Source: Neocallimastix sp. 'constans' (Eukaryota). From it: 64,000 bases of DNA. How positions within the stretch are numbered: the first letter of the stretch is position 1; each line of letters starts with the position of its first letter. The stretch lies in contig JBODTK010000155.1 in the NCBI GenBank assembly GCA_050613775.1, forward strand, positions 310,001-374,000, written 5' to 3'. The notes beneath the pieces are model-generated. The model had not been told where the DNA came from. It did not search any database and saw only the letters and a program-made list of their open reading frames with translations. Below, one piece after another: positions 58,316 through 64,000 of the stretch. A program made the translations under genes and the position numbers.

Positions 58316-59568
58316 AGTAATAGAAATAATAATAATAGAAATTATTAATAATAGTAATAAATAAATTATAATCTTTAATATTTGATTATAAAATATGAAA
58401 ATTTTAGGACAAATGGAAAATTTTGTTAATTAAAGCTTGTGGCTGTGGCTCAATATAAAAAAATTAAAAAAATATTATGTTTTATATATGATGATATAAA
58501 ATATTATAAACTTATTTATGGCTTGGAAATACAATATTTAAAATCTTATTTATTATTTTTTATATTTTTATTATATGTTAGGATTAATAAATTATAATAT
58601 TATTATAAATAAGAATACATAAGAAAAATAATAATAAAGAATAAAGAATAAATTACTAGAAATATTATTATTTTATATATATTTATGGAATTTTAATAAA
58701 ATTATCAAATACTTTATATTTAAAATATATTAAAAAATTAATTAAATAAAACAACAAAAAAAAAAAAAAAAAAAAAAAAGAAAAACTAAACATTTAATAC
58801 TTGAAGTCTTAAATAATTTATATTTTTATTATTATTTTTATAATGTTTATTTACAATAAAAAGTAAAATATATAAAAAAAATTATAGAAAGATTGCTACT
58901 TTATATTAAAGAATTTGAATTAATAAAGTAAATATAAAGTAAGTAAATTTTAATATTATTTATTAAAAAAATTATAATGAATAAATATAAATATTTAAAT
59001 ATTATAAAAAATAGTAGTACGAAATAAAAAATTATTACTGAAATAAAATAGATGAAAAAAATAATAATAATAATAATAATAATGAATAAATTAATTTTCT
59101 ATTATAAGAGAGAAAATAATTAATTTAAATAACAAATTTAAAATGAACAATAAAGAATTTAAAATAATTAATAGGAAATCCAATAGAATAAATAATATAA
59201 AGTCACATACTGTTTCATGTAAATGGTTTAAATAATATAAATGTAAAATACACTTTAAAATATTATATTATTAAAAAAATAATAATAATAATAATAAACA
59301 ATTAAAGCAAAGAAAAATTGTATTCCCTAAATATTTAAAAATCTATAATGTAAAATATAAAATATAAGTATTCTATTAAGGATTTTATATAATATAAAAA
59401 AAAAAATAATAAAAATAAATTACAAATAAAGGTTAATTAACTATAGAAGTAATTCTTCACACATAATTAGTTAATATTTTTTTATTATATTTATCATTTC
59501 TCAGCAATTGCTATTATAATAATCAAAATTTGTTTGCATTAAATGTTACTTTTTTTTAATTATGTTAG

Positions 59569-60660
59569 ATGTCTTTACCACCAAGTGATGAAGCTATTAT
59601 TAATGCAATTAAACGTCAAAATGATCCTGATGTTGAACCATATAGGGGTAGTGATGATGAAAGTAATGAGGGTGGAGAAGAAGAAGAAATTAAAAAACCA
59701 GTTGAAAGACAAAGAATGGATCCTGAAATTGAAAGAATTTTAGAAGACCAACAACTTCGTCAGTCACTTTCCCACCAAGGAGGTGCAGCAACTGGACCTA
59801 AAGGTGTTATTGCTGATTATAAGTTCCATCAAAAACAAAATGCCCTTCGTCGTGAACAACATGAACGAAAGGTTCAAACTAATATAAATAAAGGTGCTAT
59901 GTCATCTGGATGGATACAGCGTCAAATTGAACAAGAAGAAAGAGAGAAGTTTGGTGAAACAGTAGATTCTTTTAAAGAAAAAGATAATGAAAATACTATT
60001 AGTATGAATGAACTTAATAAAGCATTAGATGAACATAATGAATTAGATGAACTATTAGAAGATGATGATGAATTTATGATTCAATATCGTCAAAAACGTC
60101 TTATGGAATTAAAAAGAATTGCAGGTAGAACACGTTTTGGTCAGCTTATGCAAATTGGAGTAGACCAATATGTAGATGCAATTGATAAAGAAGATAGTCG
60201 TACAGCAGTTATCATGCATCTTTTCCAACCACATAATGAGCAATGTAAATTAATGAATCAATATTTAATGATTTTAGCTGAGAAATATCGTTTAGCTAAA
60301 TTTTTATGTATTATTTCCACTGAAGCAGATCCAAATTTTGATGAAATAGCTTTACCCACTTTATTATGCTATCGTAACAAAGAATTAGTGGCAAACTTAG
60401 TTCGTGTTACAGATGAATTAACTCTCATGGATAATGGAATGTTTGATATTGAAGATCTTGAAAAACTATTATTAAAAAAGAAAGCATTGATTAAAGAAGA
60501 TATATTAGATGTTAGTAATCTTTCAATTAATGGACCAATGACTGGAAGTAATAGCCGTACTGGTAGTCTAAGAGAATTTGCCAATGTTTTGGAAGCATCA
60601 GAAAGTGACGATGATTATAGTGATGATGATGAGGAATTTGAGGAAGAATTATTAAAATAA
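59569..60660 (+). CDS. PDCL: Phosducin-like protein (PhLP1 type)
   Basis: TGPKGVIADY motif, DDEFMIQYRQKRLMEL, a thioredoxin-like domain (FGQL..YVDAIDKE..LAEKYRLAKF..ALPTLLCYR) and an acidic C-terminus. Confidence 0.92.
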   Translation: MSLPPSDEAIINAIKRQNDPDVEPYRGSDDESNEGGEEEEIKKPVERQRMDPEIERILEDQQLRQSLSHQGGAATGPKGVIADYKFHQKQNALRREQHERKVQTNINKGAMSSGWIQRQIEQEEREKFGETVDSFKEKDNENTISMNELNKALDEHNELDELLEDDDEFMIQYRQKRLMELKRIAGRTRFGQLMQIGVDQYVDAIDKEDSRTAVIMHLFQPHNEQCKLMNQYLMILAEKYRLAKFLCIISTEADPNFDEIALPTLLCYRNKELVANLVRVTDELTLMDNGMFDIEDLEKLLLKKKALIKEDILDVSNLSINGPMTGSNSRTGSLREFANVLEASESDDDYSDDDEEFEEELLK

Positions 60661-61046
60661 AATAAAATAAAAAAAAAAAATAAAAATAAAAAATAAAAAT
60701 AAAATAAAATACAAAATAAATAATAAAAATGAGAATATATTGGAATAAATTAAAATATTTATATGTGTAAATAATAAAAATAGAAAGTAACAACATAAGA
60801 ATAAAAATAATAATAAATGAAAAAATAAATAATAAAAATATAAAATAAAAACAAGTAAAGAAAAATAGAATACTAATTTCATTTAAATATAAATGTTTAA
60901 ATAAAATTGTAATTCTAGAACATTATTATTATTATTTATTTTAGAAACATGAAAAATATTTATTATTAATAAAAATACCTATATTATAATATATATATTT
61001 TATTGTAATTATTATTTTATTAAATAATAATATATAAAACCTAAGT

Positions 61047-61093
<47 letters not shown>

Positions 61094-61389
61094 ATTAAAT
61101 AATATTAAACCTTTATTAAATGTTATTTTAATTAATAATAAAGATAAAAAGTAACTAATCTATTATGATCAAAATTTATTATAGTATAAACTTTATATAT
61201 ATATTTATATAATAATTTTATTTTAATTTGGGTGTTTCATTTTATATGTCTATTATCAAAACTGTTGTTTAAGATAAATAATTCTAAGTAAATATTTAAT
61301 TAATTAGAAGTAAAACAATAATAACTACTACAAAGATAATTTATTATATTTTATATTTTAATAACTAATATTAAGAAAAACTCATTTGT

Positions 61390-62726
61390 GGGAGTAGTGC
61401 ATTTCTGATAACGACTTCTAATAATTGTAATTTAACTACACATTATTTTATTATTTTTTATACATTTAAATAAATAATTAATTAATTAATAAATAATTAA
61501 ATAATTATTATATTAATTAAACATTAAAAAAAAATAATAAAATAATTTCATTACCACTTTCTTAAGCATATATAATTAAATATATTTAATAGAAATTTTT
61601 AATTAAGAATAGTATTTAAAAATGGAAAACATAACATTAGAAATTAAAGAGATCAATCGAGGAAAAGAACAAATTAACAAAAAAAAATAAATATAAATTT
61701 TCATTCAAAAAAAAAAAAAGAAAAAAAAAAAAAAAAAGTAAAGAATAATTAAAAAAACTGATGAAATCGATATTTTAATTAAAAATTACAGAAATATGGA
61801 AACAAAGTTTAATTTAAAATAGTTATAATAGAAATAATATCTTTTTGGATTATGGTATAATTGTTGAATTGATTTAGATAATAAAAATATTAATTTATTA
61901 AAAATTAGTATTTTTTTTTAACCTTTCTTAAATTAGGATTATATAATTAAACTAATCTTTATAAAAATTATTTTTTAGCTATTTTTTATTAACTAAATTA
62001 TAACTAAAAGCATTCCATTTAGCAATGGTTCAAAATTATATCAATAGCAATATCAATGCTATATATTTTAATTTTATTAATATCAAAATTATATATTCCA
62101 ACATTTATTAATATTAATAAAAATATTAATGAATATTATTAAAAAAATATATATATTTAAAAATTCTTTTTTTTTTAATAAAATTCTAGTCGTTATTATT
62201 ACATTTTAGTAATAAAATAAAACAAAAAAATTAATATATAAATATTAAAGAGTTATTTATTAATTAAAAAATATTAAAATAAATGAAAAAAAAAAAAAAA
62301 AAAAGAAAAACTTTCAAACATAAATCCCTTTTATTATCTTTATTTATTTAGTATATAATTTGGTTTTTGGTTTTTCAAATATATAAACTATTTTTGACAA
62401 AAATATTTTATAAATATTTTTTAATATAACTAATAATTATTGAGATTGTGATAAATTTAAGAACTCTTTCATTGATTTCTATTGATTTAAATGATATAAA
62501 ATTACTTCGCAAATAATTATATTTTTTTTTTTATTATGTCAATCTTTTTTTTTTTTTTTTAATAACTTCAAATATATTAAAATGGTATGAAAATATTTTA
62601 TTTAATATCTTGAATATTTAAAATCTTATTTATTATTAACTCATTTAATTATTATTATTATTATAATTAAGTAATAATTTATTTATGTATTAAAATTTTT
62701 AAACGCCACATTTTCCGAAATACACT
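61390..62726 (+). mobile_element. Internally deleted Mutator-like DNA transposon
   Basis: Ends GGGAGTAGTGCATTTC and GAAATACACT are imperfect inverted repeats related to the 8103-8372 element. A decayed transposase-like start MENITLEIKEINRGKEQI occurs at 61622. Confidence 0.55.
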
Positions 62727-64000
62727 ATTTATATATTCCAAATTATTATTTATTATTTGTTGATAATTGTATTAAAAAATTATGGCTATTAATTACACCG
62801 TTAAAACGCCATATTGCAAATTCTTTTAAATTTATCTTTTTATTTTTATTTTTATTTTTATAGTGAAATTTATCCTATTTTTTTTTTTATATTTTAAATA
62901 ATTTAATTTTTAAAAAAAATGTACCCTAGTTTAAAAATTTTTAATTAAAAAGAAATAAATAGTTTAATTTATTATATTAACCTTTTATTCGATACATTTA
63001 TAAAAGATTTTTTTTTTTTATTTCATATTTTTATACTTTCATTTGAATATATATAAAAAGTGTAATATAATTTCAATTATATCTTATTATCTTAAAGTAC
63101 TAATTTAATAATATTTTCACATTCTTTTTTTTAAATTTTTTATTCAATTTAAATTTCATTTTATATTATATCTTAATGGAAAGAAAAGGTTTAAATTCAT
63201 TACACTATTATTATTTTTATTATATATATATTATAGCTATTTTTTTTTATATTATTATTTTATGTACAGATACATTGAAATATAATTATATAATATATAT
63301 TATATTAACCTATTTCTTAACGTTATATATATATATGTATGAATTAACAGGATTCTTTAAATTACCATTTCAAATTCTTTTTTATGAAATTCCAAAGTAT
63401 TTGGAATTGAAAGATTATATAAGTTATATTTCAGTAAATATTTAATTATGTTTTAAATTAACATCACTTTATAATAATATATTAAGAACTGGAATAAGAA
63501 TTGAAATGTTTTAAGCTTTACAATATAAATTCTTTATAATAATATAAAAAAAAGTATAATTTAAAATCAGTTAATCATTCAATTTAAAATTTAAATAATA
63601 ATAGTATTGAAAATTAAAAATTATTTCTTCAGTAACTTATAAATATTATTAATGTCAAACTATTAACAAATAATGACTAGGACTAATATTGTTAATAATA
63701 TACATTAAATAACATAACTAAAAAATCAATATATTTTTGAAAATTTTCTTATTTAATGCAAATTTAATTAATACTGAAAAAAAAAAAAAATTAGGAAAAA
63801 AATAAAATGACTCAGTAAACTTTTTAATTTAAATAAATTAAAAAGTCTTTTTTATGTTTTTGTGTTTTATAAATTATGTATTATATAATTATATTAATTT
63901 AAAAATGTTTTAAATTAAACTTTTATATACAGACATGTAAATATTTAAAAGACAATTTGGAGCATTCTAATATATGGAAAAAAGAATTAAAGAAAAAATA

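Overview
Extremely AT-rich eukaryotic DNA with GT-AG introns, long homopolymers and (AAT)n tracts. Composition and gene and transposon content suggest an anaerobic gut fungus (Neocallimastigomycota); this is an inference. Host genes are the 3' part of IMP dehydrogenase, a signal-anchored glutaminyl cyclase, a secreted protein with an Opy2-like Cys domain plus 11 copies of an unfamiliar 6-Cys repeat, two paralogous membrane-anchored CAP/PR-1 proteins, a multi-exon symplekin/Pta1 gene and a phosducin-like protein. Mobile DNA includes a nearly intact Ty1/copia element with both LTRs, a second decayed copia, several LINE copies and Mutator-like remnants. Three observations stand out. (1) The symplekin gene appears to contain a U12-type AT-AC intron with an unusually distant branch point. 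(2) Both copia elements carry the same non-canonical primer-binding site, complementary to the anticodon arm of tRNA-Lys(CUU), which suggests half-tRNA priming. (3) The Opy2-like and Cys-repeat secreted protein has an architecture I do not recognise. All alignments were made by eye and no database searches were run.
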